DNA of 63,121 nt, filler included, from Squatina squatina (lineage: Eukaryota): NCBI GenBank assembly GCA_031763465.1. It is 4 parts of 3 records of this genome, joined end to end, with 100 filler letters (N's around TTAATTAATTAA, not from the genome) between each part and the next. Parts side by side here need not be neighbours in the genome. Positions count along the whole stretch, not along the records: positions 1 to 17,430 come from JARFOE010000192.1; 3 more parts are not named here. One strand, 5' to 3'. Position numbers and translations under genes: made by a program. How positions within the stretch are numbered: the stretch's first letter is position 1; each line of letters opens with the position of its first letter. The notes under the pieces were generated by a model that saw only the letters and a program-made list of their open reading frames with translations, had not been told where the DNA came from and did no database searches. Shown here piece after piece: positions 1-12,366 of this stretch.

Positions 1-414
1 ATGTAAATACCACACTGGTGCTGAACGATTGCCCATGTAAGGCTGGGTTTATGTAAAAGTGACATTCCTTTTGTTGACAATTGTAGTGAATAAGTTAGTA
101 CGAATCCTCATTTTGAACTCACCTCTACCTTTTTTCGCTAAAATTATCAAAAATAGGAGGATTTTCATCTCCAGCGTTGGCACATAGTACAGGAAGCAAT
201 GCCTTGCATATATGCTATGCCACAACAGACAGGGAAATGCTTGACAGTGACTGCCAAAGTTTTCCATTCCCTATCAATGACATTCCCCAGCTTGATGAAC
301 ATAAAACGTCACAATAAAGTGTTTTATCATTTATTCATTCCCCAAGTGCTCCTTTTTCATTATAAACTGCTTCTTTTTGATTTTCCATCTGTTTCTCATT
401 TTATATTTTACAAC

Positions 415-660
415 GAGGCCACTTCAGAAGGTATTAAGAATCAATCACATATTGTGGGATTGGAGTCATATGTAGGGGTGGTTTTACCCATTAATGAATC
501 AGTTGCATTTAATGATAATTCAGCAGCTTTCGTAGTCAATTTTTAGTGCTCGTCCACAGGTAGCCAGATTTGTTGAAGTCATTATCATAAATTACCATGG
601 TGGGGTCTACACTCACATCTATCTAGCTTATTAGCCCAGTACTATAACCACAATGCTATC
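415..660 (-). mobile_element. Diverged tRNA-derived SINE, second family
   Basis: Minus strand begins gatagcattgtggttatagtactgggc...gtgtagaccccaccatgg; homologous to 31560-31850. Confidence 0.55.
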
Positions 661-669
661 ATTCCTGAG

Positions 670-900
670 CACACCACATTTATTCTCCAAGTGCTTTCCT
701 CTTATTCTTTAAGTACTTCTCATTCATTCCTCAGACACTCATTTATTTCCCAAATGCACATTAATGCGTGCTCTAGTGCTCCTTACACATTGTCCCAGAG
801 CCCTTCACTTATTCTCCAAGTTTATCGATTTTCCCAGTGCTGCTAATTCATTCTACAAGCAGCCCCATAATGGTTCCCTGTGAACCACTTATCATTTATA
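670..900 (+). repeat. Decayed minisatellite-like array
   Basis: Recurrent tt(c)attc(t/c)ccaagtgc-like unit at ~680, 700, 720, 742, 808, 828, 847, also at ~335. Confidence 0.45.
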
Positions 901-2099
901 CACCTTTGCATCAATTGTCAATCAGTCATATTGAACATGCAAATAATTTTAAGCTTGCTGAATTTTTGGAGATTTGTTTGGTGTGAGAAAATAAATAATT
1001 TTGCATTTAAGTGAAGTCAAAATACCTTGTGCTTCACACAGTGAATTGCTTTCTGATGCACAAGACTTTTTATTGTGCTTGGTTTAAAAGTAACACCCTT
1101 TATTAGAATTTGGATGTACCAAAATATATTTGTGAGACATCTATTTTTTACGCAAGGCCATTAAAAGCTACTTTTGAGAGAAAGGATAGTTTAATCAGAT
1201 GCACTGGTGTATTGTATTGCTGGTGAAGCCAGCAACACTTCCTCTCACCCAGGCTTTTCTCCACAAATAGCACTGTAAGAGATTTAATTCCTCTTCCTGC
1301 TCTGAATACAATCTCCTGAAGCGATAACATGCTACTGCCCATTAATAGGCAGATCATTATAAGAAAACAATCGGATTTGTCAAGTAACAGAGCATTAATN
1401 NNNNNNNNNNNNNNNNNNNNNNNNNNNNNNNNNNNNNNNNNNNNNNNNNNNNNNNNNNNNNNNNNNNNNNNNNNNNNNNNNNNNNNNNNNNNNNNNNNNA
1501 GATTTACTGTTTTCCTTTATCCACCTATTTGGTTTGAGAAGCAGCCAATGAGCCTGTCCGACATGTGGCCTGCTCCATGGCCAATGTTGCTTCATGATCA
1601 GCCAACAGGAGACACCTGTTGTGGAACAAAGTGCTCTTAGTTTTTCTTCTCTATGTTAGAACACTGTCAGATAACATTAAATCCAATGTTCTAGATGACA
1701 ACTCAATGATTTGTTGAGGTGTATAGAGAACACGTTGACCTGTAACTCTAAGAGGATTACTTATTGAATGAAATGTACTTCATTTTGCAGCACTTTTAAG
1801 GAATGTATACTTTTTCCTTATTTTCCCATCCAATTTTCAGTCCTGCCTTATGTTGGAGCACCTGGCCTCTGTTCAGCATCTTCTATACCACAACTGAGAA
1901 CAGGAAGTCACATGTGATATGCCAGGTGCCAGGAGCTCCAATATATGTTTCCATTCTTCTGCCTTTAAATCTGTGGGGTATTTTTTTCATTATTGAATGN
2001 NNNNNNNNNNNNNNNNNNNNNNNNNNNNNNNNNNNNNNNNNNNNNNNNNNNNNNNNNNNNNNNNNNNNNNNNNNNNNNNNNNNNNNNNNNNNNNNNNNN

Positions 2100-2273
2100 T
2101 CACAGCGCTGTGTTTAGACTAACGCCAGCACCTCAAACGTTATAGGCTCTGCGCCCGTTTTGCGCCGGCACAAACAAGACCCAAATGTGGCGCCCATGTT
2201 TTAGCGTGAAAGTGGCTTCACGCCAGTTTTGCGCCACTTTCACGCTCGAAGTTTTACCACGAATTGGCCGCCC
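2100..2273. mobile_element. Harbinger-type MITE end
   Basis: CpG-rich patch ending aattggccgccc, the same terminus as the copy ending at 26758. Confidence 0.55.
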
Positions 2274-5200
2274 TGACTACCTTCTCTGACTCAGGCTCCA
2301 AATGCAGGGGCCAAATCTACAGCCTGAATTTATTACAAAATGTATAGTTGGACCAAGTTCGATTGTTTTCTGGATGTTTAAACCAGTTCCCATTTTCATC
2401 ACAGTATTTTGTAGCTTTTTCTTGGAAAAAAAATAAATATATGGTTATAAAGTTCATACTTTATGTATTATGAAAGGTAAATTACAAATCCCTGTAACAA
2501 TGCTACAAGTACGCTGTGTGGAAAATGCTGTAGGCTTCAGGGTCTTTAGACTGCCGCACAAGGACCTACACAATCCTTCCCACTTTAAACCGCACATCTC
2601 CCTAGTTAAATTTGGTGATAAATTTTGATAGTTTGTAATCCTTTGGTAACTATTTCCCCAACCTCTCAGCCTTAAATTTTTTTTAAAAATACATCATCCG
2701 TATCAGATTAAATTATGAAAGATCACGACCTGGTTTGCGCGTTAAGTCCTCTCAATTTAGGGAATAGATAAAAAATAAGTGCAACTTAAGTTTTTCTTAA
2801 AGCAGAGAATGCAAATAGAAAAATAGGGAAGTAATTTATACACCAGATAGCACATCTTATANNNNNNNNNNNNNNNNNNNNNNNNNNNNNNNNNNNNNNN
2901 NNNNNNNNNNNNNNNNNNNNNNNNNNNNNNNNNNNNNNNNNNNNNNNNNNNNNNNNNNNNNCTGTGCAACCAATCCATCAAACAGAACTTAACTCCTTTT
3001 ACAACACAAATTCAGATCCATTGAAATTTCATTGATCTAACTACATTATAATGGAAAACTGCAATGCGGGAGTTTCAGATTGCAGAATGTTTATTAATAC
3101 AGTGAGGGAAAACAAAGCAATAACATTTTTGACGTTGTCAGCATTATGGTATCATTCAGGCACTTTGAGAGTGATGTGGGCATTGCATTTCAATTTATGC
3201 TACAGTGTGCATTATTCAGGCATTGTGCTGTACTTTTGCATCTGCTATGGTTCAGAGTTCTTTGACTTATAATGTGGCTGGTCCCTGTAGTCATTTTCAT
3301 CAGCTGCCATCACAGTATGCATGGTTCAGCTCCTCAAGAAAATATAAAATAACCAGTTCATCTACCTGTGGGTTTATTTTCTCTGTGCTATTTTGAGAGC
3401 ACATTAATAAGTTTGCTTCAGCTTCTATTTTAATGCAGATGTTGACATTTAAAATAAGCGGATCAATGTCTGTATTAAAATAGCACAGAGAAGCACTTAT
3501 GCTAGGACCTTATCAGCTGCACTAGAAATAGAGGTAATTAAATTCATTTGTATTAAACCTTCAATTATATCCCACTGAGCAGAAAGCTCTTGGCATAAGT
3601 TTGTTATCCCACAGCTATCCTAGAGCTTGAGCTGTGTTGCATTGTCGGAAAAACAAGTCCACACATTACAACAGGGGATGCTTCTGAATTTTTATGTCAA
3701 AAATGTAATTAATCCACATGAACTAAAATTTTGCATCTAGCATCCATTCATAGGGTAAAAGTATGCCTGTTGGTTGTGATTAATGTCTACACGGTGTGGG
3801 AAATGTCCATGAAGCATGCTGATTAGCTCAAATGTCATATTAAATGGAAACCAAATGAATCACAAATCAGTATCTGTTATGTGAAGTATCTTGATTGCTG
3901 AAGTCTTTGTTAATATTTAGGCGTACTCCTTTGCTCAGGTTCACGACAAATAGAGTTTTGATGAGCAGACCACTATGCAATTCATACCTGGAGTAATGTA
4001 ACACACGACGAATAAAAATCCTTTCAGCACAGTACTAAACACCAGAGACCTATTTGAATTGTTAGTATGTATTCCTGTTCATTTTGAAAATAGCACAGTC
4101 AGACCAAAGCTAGCAGGCTAAAGGAGACAGTTGAATTTATTTACAAGAATTTAGAATTACTTAGAAGCAGAGCAGCACAGCTGCTTGACTTACAAAGTTC
4201 TTTACACTATCCTGAAAATAAAAGTCCAAAATGTTAGCATCTTTTTCAGAATCATAGGGGAGATTCTAACTTTTGGATGTGGCATTCGCTGCCTGTACCA
4301 GGAGCGAAGAGGCTGTTGCCATTTAAATAGAACCAGTGAGCTACAGAGCTAAATGGGTGAATTGATGCAGCTCATCGGCCTAATATTTTAAATGGAATAG
4401 ATGAGCTGTTCCCTTTGTTGCCTTTTTGCTTTTCTGCCTTGCCCCATTTCTGCCCCTGCTGGTCCCACCAACTTCATGCCAGTTCTGGTTGAGCTCCTAC
4501 TTCCAATTTCTTGGAACTCAGATCTCCAGCCCCTCCTCTATTCCAGCTGCCCAACAAGACTTTAATACTTCCTTCCAATGAACTCAAAATGTTCTCACTT
4601 TTTCTTTGATAAGGTTTCCTGACCTGAATTGTAATGTACTCATTGTCATTCTTCTTGGAGAAGATAAACTAATAAACCAGTGGTTCAATGAGTTGATTCA
4701 GTGATCAGTGATCAGTGAATAGCTAAGCTACACATACCACAGATGTTCCAGGTTCAATCCTTGGTTACTGATGCCAGAAAGTTGGCATAGTGCCAGTGCA
4801 GTTGCTGTCAGCACCCATTCCTTCAGGAGGTAAAAGCTAATTAGAGTTCTCACTCCTAGTTGTTTATAGAAATACATGGCTGTGATTTCCCCTACCGAGG
4901 TGGATGNNNNNNNNNNNNNNNNNNNNNNNNNNNNNNNNNNNNNNNNNNNNNNNNNNNNNNNNNNNNNNNNNNNNNNNNNNNNNNNNNNNNNNNNNNNNNN
5001 NNNNNNATTCTCACTACAACTGTGAACAGTCAATGTAAACTGAATATTGAACTGTTAGTGTAATCTTTATTGGACAAGAGATCATAGCACAACCCTGTTT
5101 GAAATACAATATTAAGCAATGCACAGTGAAAATTATTTCAAAACATTGTCACCCTGAGGGCAGGGTCAGGATTTCCAGAGCGTATCAAAGGCTCTTGGCA

Positions 5201-5499
5201 TTGACATTGGTCCTGCAGATCTTGGCAGTAGCTAAGTTAGAATAAATAGTCCACGATTTACAAATACACATTTTACATGCTTAGTTTCTAATGAGTTTTA
5301 ATGCCGTTCCCCGCCTCCAACATAATTAAAATTAAATGTCTACTTCAGTGCACACTTTACTGTTTCCACTCAATTAATCTAATGTGAAGGTTATCACTGT
5401 TAATGCCCCAATGCATAGTGACATGTACAGTTCAACGTTTCAGGCTCCCTTGTTACTTGCTGGCAGTTTGATAAACTCAATAATGAGTGAGTTCTAATT

Positions 5500-5842
5500 G
5501 ACATGGTTCAGCAGCAAGTAATAGTTGCATCAGACAAGTGCTTGGCAATAACCATCTTCAATAAGAGAGAGACTAACTACCTCCCCATGACATTCAATTA
5601 CATTGCCATTGCTGAATCCCCCATCATCAACATCCTGGGGTCATCTTTGACTAGAAACTCAACTGGACAAGCCACATAAATGCCCTAGCTACTAGAGTAG
5701 GTCAGAGGCTGGGTATTCCGTATCAAATGACTCACCCATTGACTCCTCAAAGCCTCTGTGCACATAAAAGGCACAAGTCAGGAGTGTGGTGGAATACTCT
5801 CCACTTGTCTGGATGGGTACGGTTGCAACAACACTCAAGAGG
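5500..5842 (+). mobile_element. Non-LTR retrotransposon RT C-terminal fragment (CR1/Jockey superclade)
   Basis: INILGVIFD*KLNWTSHINALATRVGQRLGI...THPLTPQSL, degenerate. Confidence 0.7.
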
Positions 5843-6329
5843 NNNNNNNNNNNNNNNNNNNNNNNNNNNNNNNNNNNNNNNNNNNNNNNNNNNNNNNNNN
5901 NNNNNNNNNNNNNNNNNNNNNNNNNNNNNNNNNNNNNNNNNNTGGAGGCCTTCTAGCTACCTGCTGACAAAACTAAATATCAGCAACCCACATGTCAAAC
6001 ACATTCAGTCATGTTTACTTGATGTCAGCAGCGAATGAAATATGATCATTTTCAAAATGTAAGTTGTAACATTCTTATCTTGCCAATACTATTTCATACC
6101 TTTTCTCTCTGCCAGGGCCATCACAGCTTCAGCAGCACTCAGTGGAGCTTCTGGACAACCATTCCTCAGAGGAGTTGATTCCTTGTGAGGGTGAACCATC
6201 ACAGGACTCATCCTTATCATGCACCAGCTCAGATACTTACACTTTGGTGGGTCCAGTTAGGTAGTGAACTGGGTTTTCACCCTGGTGACTCACATTGCAC
6301 TTTGAGCAGGCAGTGGTGGCAGGGACAGC

Positions 6330-6715
6330 TGTGGAGAGTTTGTATTGGAGGGGGCACCCTTCTCCATGCTTTGCTCAGCTGGACACAGATACTGTACTCT
6401 GGGAAGCTATTGACAAAATGCCTCCTCCTCTTCATTGGATTCTTCCGCAGACGATGTTTCCACAGCGCTTTTTTCATCCTACAGCTCCAATCCTCGCTGC
6501 TAGGCAATGCTGTGCAGAGTGCAGCAAACCACGAGCATTCTGGAGACCCTGGCTGGCGAGTACTGAAGGGTACCGCCAGATCAGTCCAGGCACCTGAAGT
6601 GCATCTTCAGCATGCCGATCACTTGCTCAATGACACATCTGGTTAGCATATGGCTTTCGCTGTGGCGTTCTTGGGCTTCATTGGTTGAGTGTCTCACGGG
6701 TGTCATCAACCATAT
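6330..6715 (-). pseudogene. C-terminal fragment of a second HARBI1-like transposase
   Basis: WLMTPVR...AQERHSESHMLTRCVIEQVIGMLKMHFRCLD*SGGTLQYSPARVSRMLVVCCTLH, with stops. Confidence 0.85.
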
Positions 6716-7404
6716 TTTGTTGGTGATTTTGGCGAGGTCGTTAGTGCTGGTGCTGGGAGCATAAGTGGAAGTAAAAGGAGTAGGCAAATTGTGATGTCAG
6801 TCAATGTATCATGCTAATTTGATGCCAGCACTGCAATTTACCATTCTCATTGCTCCAGCTAATGTTCTCTCTTAAAGATGAACAGCTGAATATGTGTTCA
6901 ATAACAATAAAGAACCCCCTCCCACCCCACCAGCACTATTTAAAGGGATCATCAACTTCTTTCAGTTTAGTTGCTGATTGATTGCTACTGGCTCTTGGTA
7001 AGTTTGTAAAAGTGTATGGTGGTTTCTTATCTTATTTGAAGTTGCTGAAGTGTCCAGGGACTGGTGTGGCAGGTAACTTCAGGGCTTCTTCTCAGACTAG
7101 TTGCCCCCACACTTGGGTGCAGTAGTTTGTATTTACCTTGTCCTGCAAGAGAGAGGGAAGTGTATCAGCGAGTGTGGTGCAATGTGTTTGGGTGACATAC
7201 CTGTCATGGTTCAATAGCTGGCAGCGTGTGAAAGCTGTGAGATGTAGGTGTGAGGCTTGGAGAAGTGGTAAGTGTGTGAGGTGAAGCTATGAATGTGAGG
7301 TATGAGTCATGAGTGATAGACACTGTTGGGTGGTGGTGCATTGAGGAGTGCCTGAGCCTAGTGGTTCAGATGTAAGCATATGGCATTTGTAGATGATTTC
7401 ACTG

Positions 7405-7610
7405 ACCATGACCACTCGTGTAAGGCCATTAAACTTCTTGCAGCTGTGCATCCAGATCCTCAGGGCTACACTGCTGCCATTGACCGTGATGGCTATCTGC
7501 TGCCATTGCCTTCCCACAGTTTGTCTGGAGGGCCTCCTGACCGCCTCCTGCTCCAAGGCCTCCAATGCTGCGTTGGAAATTCTTGGAACTTGCTCTCCTG
7601 TTGTGCCCAT
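7405..7610 (-). pseudogene. Harbinger Myb/SANT-like DNA-binding domain exon relic
   Basis: PRISNAALEAL...WQQIAITVNGSSVALRIWMHSCKKFNGLTRVVM followed by a gtcagt donor-like site. Confidence 0.75.
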
Positions 7611-8471
7611 TAGTACATCTCCTTCCTTCTCAGCATGTCTTCCTCAGCCACTTCCAGCACCTGCTCCAGCCAGAATACACCTTCCCTTTAAGAGGTGCAG
7701 GCTGGCTTTAAAAAGTACAGGATAGCTTTAAGCCATGTCTGAATCGCACGAATTTGGGCAGCCATTCAACAGTGTGTTGAGTGCTTGGCTGTACGCAATT
7801 ATCATTTACATTGGCAGGCAGCACAAACTTTAATGCTGCTTGCATCAGATTCAATCGCGCATCACAATACCTGGGCCCGTTTTTGGGGACCACCAAACTT
7901 GGTGCGGCAACCTACAAGCTCAAGTCCCTGAACCACAATGTCATTGAGTCAAAAAAGCCCATAGTTCCATCCTTGAAGGGGAGTCTCTGAAAAATGTGCA
8001 CCTTTTGTTTTTAAACTGTGGAATTCTGTGTTCTTCATGTTCGCAGTGTTGCACCATAGTCCTTTCATGTGAAAGTAATACCTAGCTGTCAGAGATAGTT
8101 CTATTGCTGCAATATGAATATTTTACAATAAAGGATTTTTTAACAATATTAAATATAAATATAGGTCTGAAATTATCCCAAAGGACACTAACAAGAAATG
8201 CTTGTCATGTTGTATGAAATTCCTCTCTCCATGATTTTAGTTGCATTGCCAATCCTTTAAAAAGGTTAATGTCTCTGCTAATATAGTGGAGAGGAGAGTT
8301 TCAGAAGAAGGCACTCAGCATTTGCATTCTAGATTGTCACAGGGCCAAATTTCAGGGCCAAGATGTTTTAAAGCATTTACCTCTACTCAGCCTGGCTTAG
8401 CTTTCCTCCCTAATTCTCCCACTTTCCTCTATTACTTAGTCTGCAAGAACCAACTTTACAAATGTGTGGAA

Positions 8472-8540
8472 TAAAAACAGGAAATGCTGGGAATACTCAG
8501 CAGGTCAGGCAGCTTCTGTGGAGAGAGAAACATAGTTAAC
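8472..8540 (-). mobile_element. Penelope-like element terminal fragment (others at ~12125-12175 and 40225-40262)
   Basis: aaaacaggaaatgctgggaatactcagcaggtcaggcagc.tctgtggagagagaaac, a recurrent chondrichthyan repeat end recognised from memory. Confidence 0.5.
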
Positions 8541-8608
8541 AGGCCAGAAATTGCGATTCCCCCGGGTGTGAACGATGTTCCCGTGCACAGGGGGAGATCT
8601 CGCAAATG
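8541..8608. mobile_element. Harbinger-type MITE start with subterminal hairpin
   Basis: ggccagaaattgcgat terminus, as at 50160; ttgcga.tcccc...gggggagatctcgcaa foldback; truncated by a gap. Confidence 0.55.
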
Positions 8609-8708
8609 NNNNNNNNNNNNNNNNNNNNNNNNNNNNNNNNNNNNNNNNNNNNNNNNNNNNNNNNNNNNNNNNNNNNNNNNNNNNNNNNNNNNNNNNNNNN
8701 NNNNNNNN

Positions 8709-8777
8709 GGCGGTGCAGGCTCGAAGGGCCGAATGGCCTACTCCTGCACCTATTTTTCTATGTTTCTATGTTTCTAA
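8709..8777 (+). mobile_element. CR1/HE1-type 3' tail
   Basis: gaagggccgaatggcctactcctgcacctatt followed by (tttctatg)n. Confidence 0.75.
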
Positions 8778-9034
8778 TGGCTAATAGCTTGCAAATTTGT
8801 CCTGCAGGCTGAGGCTTCAGTTTTAACTGTCAGCCTTTACAATTTGTAAGTTGTTCTGCAGTTTGTCCCAGTTAGTGGCTCGTTTGAGTTATGTTAAGTT
8901 GTTCCATTGTTCTTTATAAAATTCGTTACTGACTTTTGAAAGCCTGTCTGTTTAAGTGCTTTCAGTTACTGCATGTTCCTTTTAAACTGGACCAAAATGC
9001 CATCTTGAACACAAAGATGTTCTGGGCAAAATGA

Positions 9035-9253
9035 AGGATATCTGAATCCTACAAGCCTGAGGATTGGGAGCAGTTTAGAATTTAGCAAAGGAGGGCCAAG
9101 AAATTGATAAAGAAAGTGAAAATAGAATACAAGAATAAACTATCAAGAAACATAAAAACGGACTGTAAAAGCTTCCACAGGTATGTAAAAAGGACAAGAC
9201 TAGCGAAGACAAATGTGGGTCCCTTGCAGGCAGAGACGGGAGAATTTATAATG
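9035..9253 (+). mobile_element. CR1 ORF2 fragment
   Basis: KIEYKNKLSRNIKTDCKSFHRYVKR...KTNVGPLQAETGEFIM. Confidence 0.85.
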
Positions 9254-9796
9254 NNNNNNNNNNNNNNNNNNNNNNNNNNNNNNNNNNNNNNNNNNNNNNN
9301 NNNNNNNNNNNNNNNNNNNNNNNNNNNNNNNNNNNNNNNNNNNNNNNNNNNNNCCACCAATGACCTATGCTCTGACTGACCTAAGCAGTGCTTGTGTCAG
9401 CAGAACGATCCCCTTTAAGGGCTGAGGTGGGCTGAGACCTGATAGCGCCTCCTTACATCGGACCAAGAATTGGGCAGCTGAAAAAAACGAAGAGTCAATA
9501 GTCCCATTAGCGCTGGTTTGGAACATAGGTTTTGTTTTGAGATGCCAAGAAATTATCTAAGAGGCCACTTCTGTGCCTTAAGATAATTGTCCAAAACGGG
9601 CAATTTACACCTATTGGCTCGATATAGTCACAGACTATAAAAAGGCCAATTGGGCACCTCAAGAATGAATAAGTTTAATGACCAAGGTAAAGTTATATCT
9701 GAAATCTTAAATTGTGGTATCTGCTGTCTATTCATTATCCCAGGTATTATAGGATAACAAGGTGCGAGAGCTGAAGACAACAGCTGAAGTAATGAA

Positions 9797-9880
9797 TTTA
9801 AATTCCACAGAAGTGATACTGTCACACCGCTCCTCTTCTTCATTTTTGCCCTGCTCGGATTAAACTGATCCAAAGTGAGT
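9797..9880 (+). promoter_or_regulatory. Possible promoter / non-coding first exon of the G-gamma gene
   Basis: TTTAAA at 9797, GGATTA (CRX/OTX-type site) at 9857-9862 and strong donor caaa|gtgagt at 9875, ~1.3 kb upstream of the acceptor before the ATG. Separated from it by a gap. Confidence 0.25.
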
Positions 9881-10214
9881 GGAATCTCAGTTTTTGCATT
9901 CAACCCTGCCATGATCTAATTTAGGTTGTGAGAATCATCCAATTATTGGCACACTTGCAGTTTTTCCTCAAGGCAGAAACTGACTGGAGAATTAAATGAA
10001 ACATATTGTTCCAGTGTGGTTGAATCACATTGTTTGTTCTTGTGTCTTTGAAAGCCCTGTAACATTCCAGAAGTTTACAGTATTGTATGAAAAAGTAGTC
10101 CATTTCACATCTTTCTGACAGCATATTAGCGCCTCAGGTCAAGTGGGCACAAATAGACAGGTGACACCCTGCCAGTAGCGATTCTGTTTTTACAACAGGC
10201 TATTTATAAACAAA

Positions 10215-10474
10215 AAAGGGAAATGTGAAGTTATTCACTTTGGTAGGAAAAATTAAAAAGCAGGGTATTTTTTAAATGGTGAGAGATTGGGAAATGTTGG
10301 TGTTCAGAGGAACCTGGGTGTCCTTGTACATGAATCACTGAAAGTAAGCAATTAAGAGAGCAAATTATATGTTGGCCTTTATTGCAAGAGGATTTGAGTA
10401 TAAGGGTAAAGATGTCTTACTGCAATTATATAGGGCCCTGGTGAGACCGCACCTGGATTATTGTGCACAGTTTT
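10215..10474 (+). mobile_element. CR1 ORF2 (RT C-terminal) fragment
   Basis: KCEVIHFGRKN...LGVLVHESLK...LLQLYRALVRPHLDYCAQF. Confidence 0.85.
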
Positions 10475-10715
10475 GAGTGGTGAAATTCGGCAGTTTTAAA
10501 AACCTGTTTAACGCCTTCTTAAGATGTTATTGAGGCACAAACTCATCTTTAGGCATTAAAACGCCAGTTAGCACCTCCCGCGAAATACGCCCCCAAAATT
10601 CTTTCGGCACTAAACTTTAGCGCCTCCGCGGCCGGGCGAGATTATTTTTTTGTAGGTGTTAGGTGATGCGCGCAACGCCTCATTGGCGCCTCATTGCAAA
10701 ATTCCCCAGTCTTAG
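10475..10715. mobile_element. Harbinger-type MITE abutting a CR1 fragment
   Basis: CpG-rich segment starting gtggtgaaattcggc exactly where CR1 homology stops. Confidence 0.45.
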
Positions 10716-11223
10716 TGCTTTAAGTGTGCTGACAAAAACAACATCTTGAAAAGTTGGTGCAACACATGATTCATGGGCCAGTCCACCATCTTGCTTGATG
10801 GCATAAATAGCAGAATGAGTGCCAGCACTACCCCCACTGGGGGCAGGGGTACTTGTGATGTGCTCCTGCCACTTCAGGGTTATTGAAGGTTCACTCACTG
10901 AGTATCAGTAGTCATACTAGTTAACCCCTTCAAGTGTGAGGCNNNNNNNNNNNNNNNNNNNNNNNNNNNNNNNNNNNNNNNNNNNNNNNNNNNNNNNNNN
11001 NNNNNNNNNNNNNNNNNNNNNNNNNNNNNNNNNNNNNNNNNNCTGGACAGGTGAGCTCATCGCTTCCAACAACTTGTACTTATTGCACCATGCACTCACT
11101 TGCATTGTGGCAGGATTTTACTGTGTTTGATTTTTTAATCATTCGCGCTTTAAAAATGCGATTATGTTGACAATATTATGAACGAAAGTTTGTTTGTTTT
11201 TAAGACAACTATAACAGCCCGGG

Positions 11224-11304
11224 ATGGAAGAGTTAACAGATAAGGACCGTTTGAAAATGGAGGTAGACCAACTTCGGAAAGAATTACCATTAGTGAGGCA
11301 GCTG
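11224..11304 (+). CDS. GNGT1: G-protein gamma subunit, transducin-gamma clade (GNGT1/GNG11-like), coding exon 1: MEELTDKDRLKMEVDQLRKELPLVRQL
   Basis: ATG at 11224 in strong Kozak context (gggATGg), with an in-frame TAA at 11212-11214 upstream. The LKMEVDQL.KE motif is typical of GNGT1/GNG11. Phase-0 donor ctg|gtagga at 11305; likely acceptor tttgtttttaag| ending 11204. Family call is firm; the paralog name is less certain. Confidence 0.9.
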
Positions 11305-12366
11305 GTAGGATATAATTTCAGAATACTGACATGTTATTTCTTGTGTTTTACTGTTTTGTGGGGCTGCAGTTATCCTTTAACAATCTCCAAACTGGTATTA
11401 AAGTTCATTTCATGTAATGAAACCCCAACTGCAAATTGGGGCCTATCAGCATTAATTAAATCTGATTAAAGGCCAAGAGTGTTTTGAATTAATTAAAATT
11501 TCAAGCAAATCCAATATACAGTGTATGTTAACACCATGGGCTTTGGGCCTGCCTGATGTTAACACGGAGTGCCAAATTGTGGGAACAAAATATAAAGTCA
11601 AGACAAAACTACTCAGTGCTGTGTCTAAACATCAAATATTGCCCATATATATGATCTTTTGTCTAATAAGTGCACTTCCATTACAAATACCCACAGAACA
11701 CAGTGATCTGACTGTTCCTCATTATAGTCAGGGCTGGTCTCAAAATTCAGTAGAGTCATGGAAGGTTTCACAATGTGCTGCATGTCTTCAATTATATCTA
11801 TAATCTACTAGATATCCTGCAAATTAAAAATAATAATAGATAAAGCAGGATCCGTTGGAATATGTAACATTGTATTAATAATCAGAAAGAATGAAACAGA
11901 AAATTCTAACAGTGAATATTTTATAAAAGTAATTAAAGTCACAAATAATTACTGTAGATTCATCAGCCAGAAAGACTTAAACTATAGTGGTTGAATTAAT
12001 GTTTACAGCACCAGTAGCTTTGTGAAGCCTCAAGTGTCTGAATATTAAGTCAGAGGTCACTGGGGAGTGCATATTGCTCCTCCTAATTTACAGCACGCAT
12101 AAAGTTAGGAAACTGGAAATTGTAAATAAGAATAGAAAGTGCTGGAAGTGCACTGCATGTCAATTAGCATCTGAGGCTGCAGTTATACTATGCTACTCAG
12201 CTGTAAAATGTGAAGCACAGCCAACAAGGCCCATGTTGCATTGTCTGCCTGTGAACAGTACTCTCAGCACCAGGAGATAGCTCTCTGCATATTGTTAATG
12301 GGCTCACATTCTACTATCACTCCATTTATCTTTTACCACTTATAATTTGACGTTGAATGATTTCAG

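Noticed and set aside
11305-11469. Single-exon 81-aa G-gamma ORF as given in the track
   Set aside because: Homology ends at the donor at 11305; the true C-terminus is in 12367-12492.
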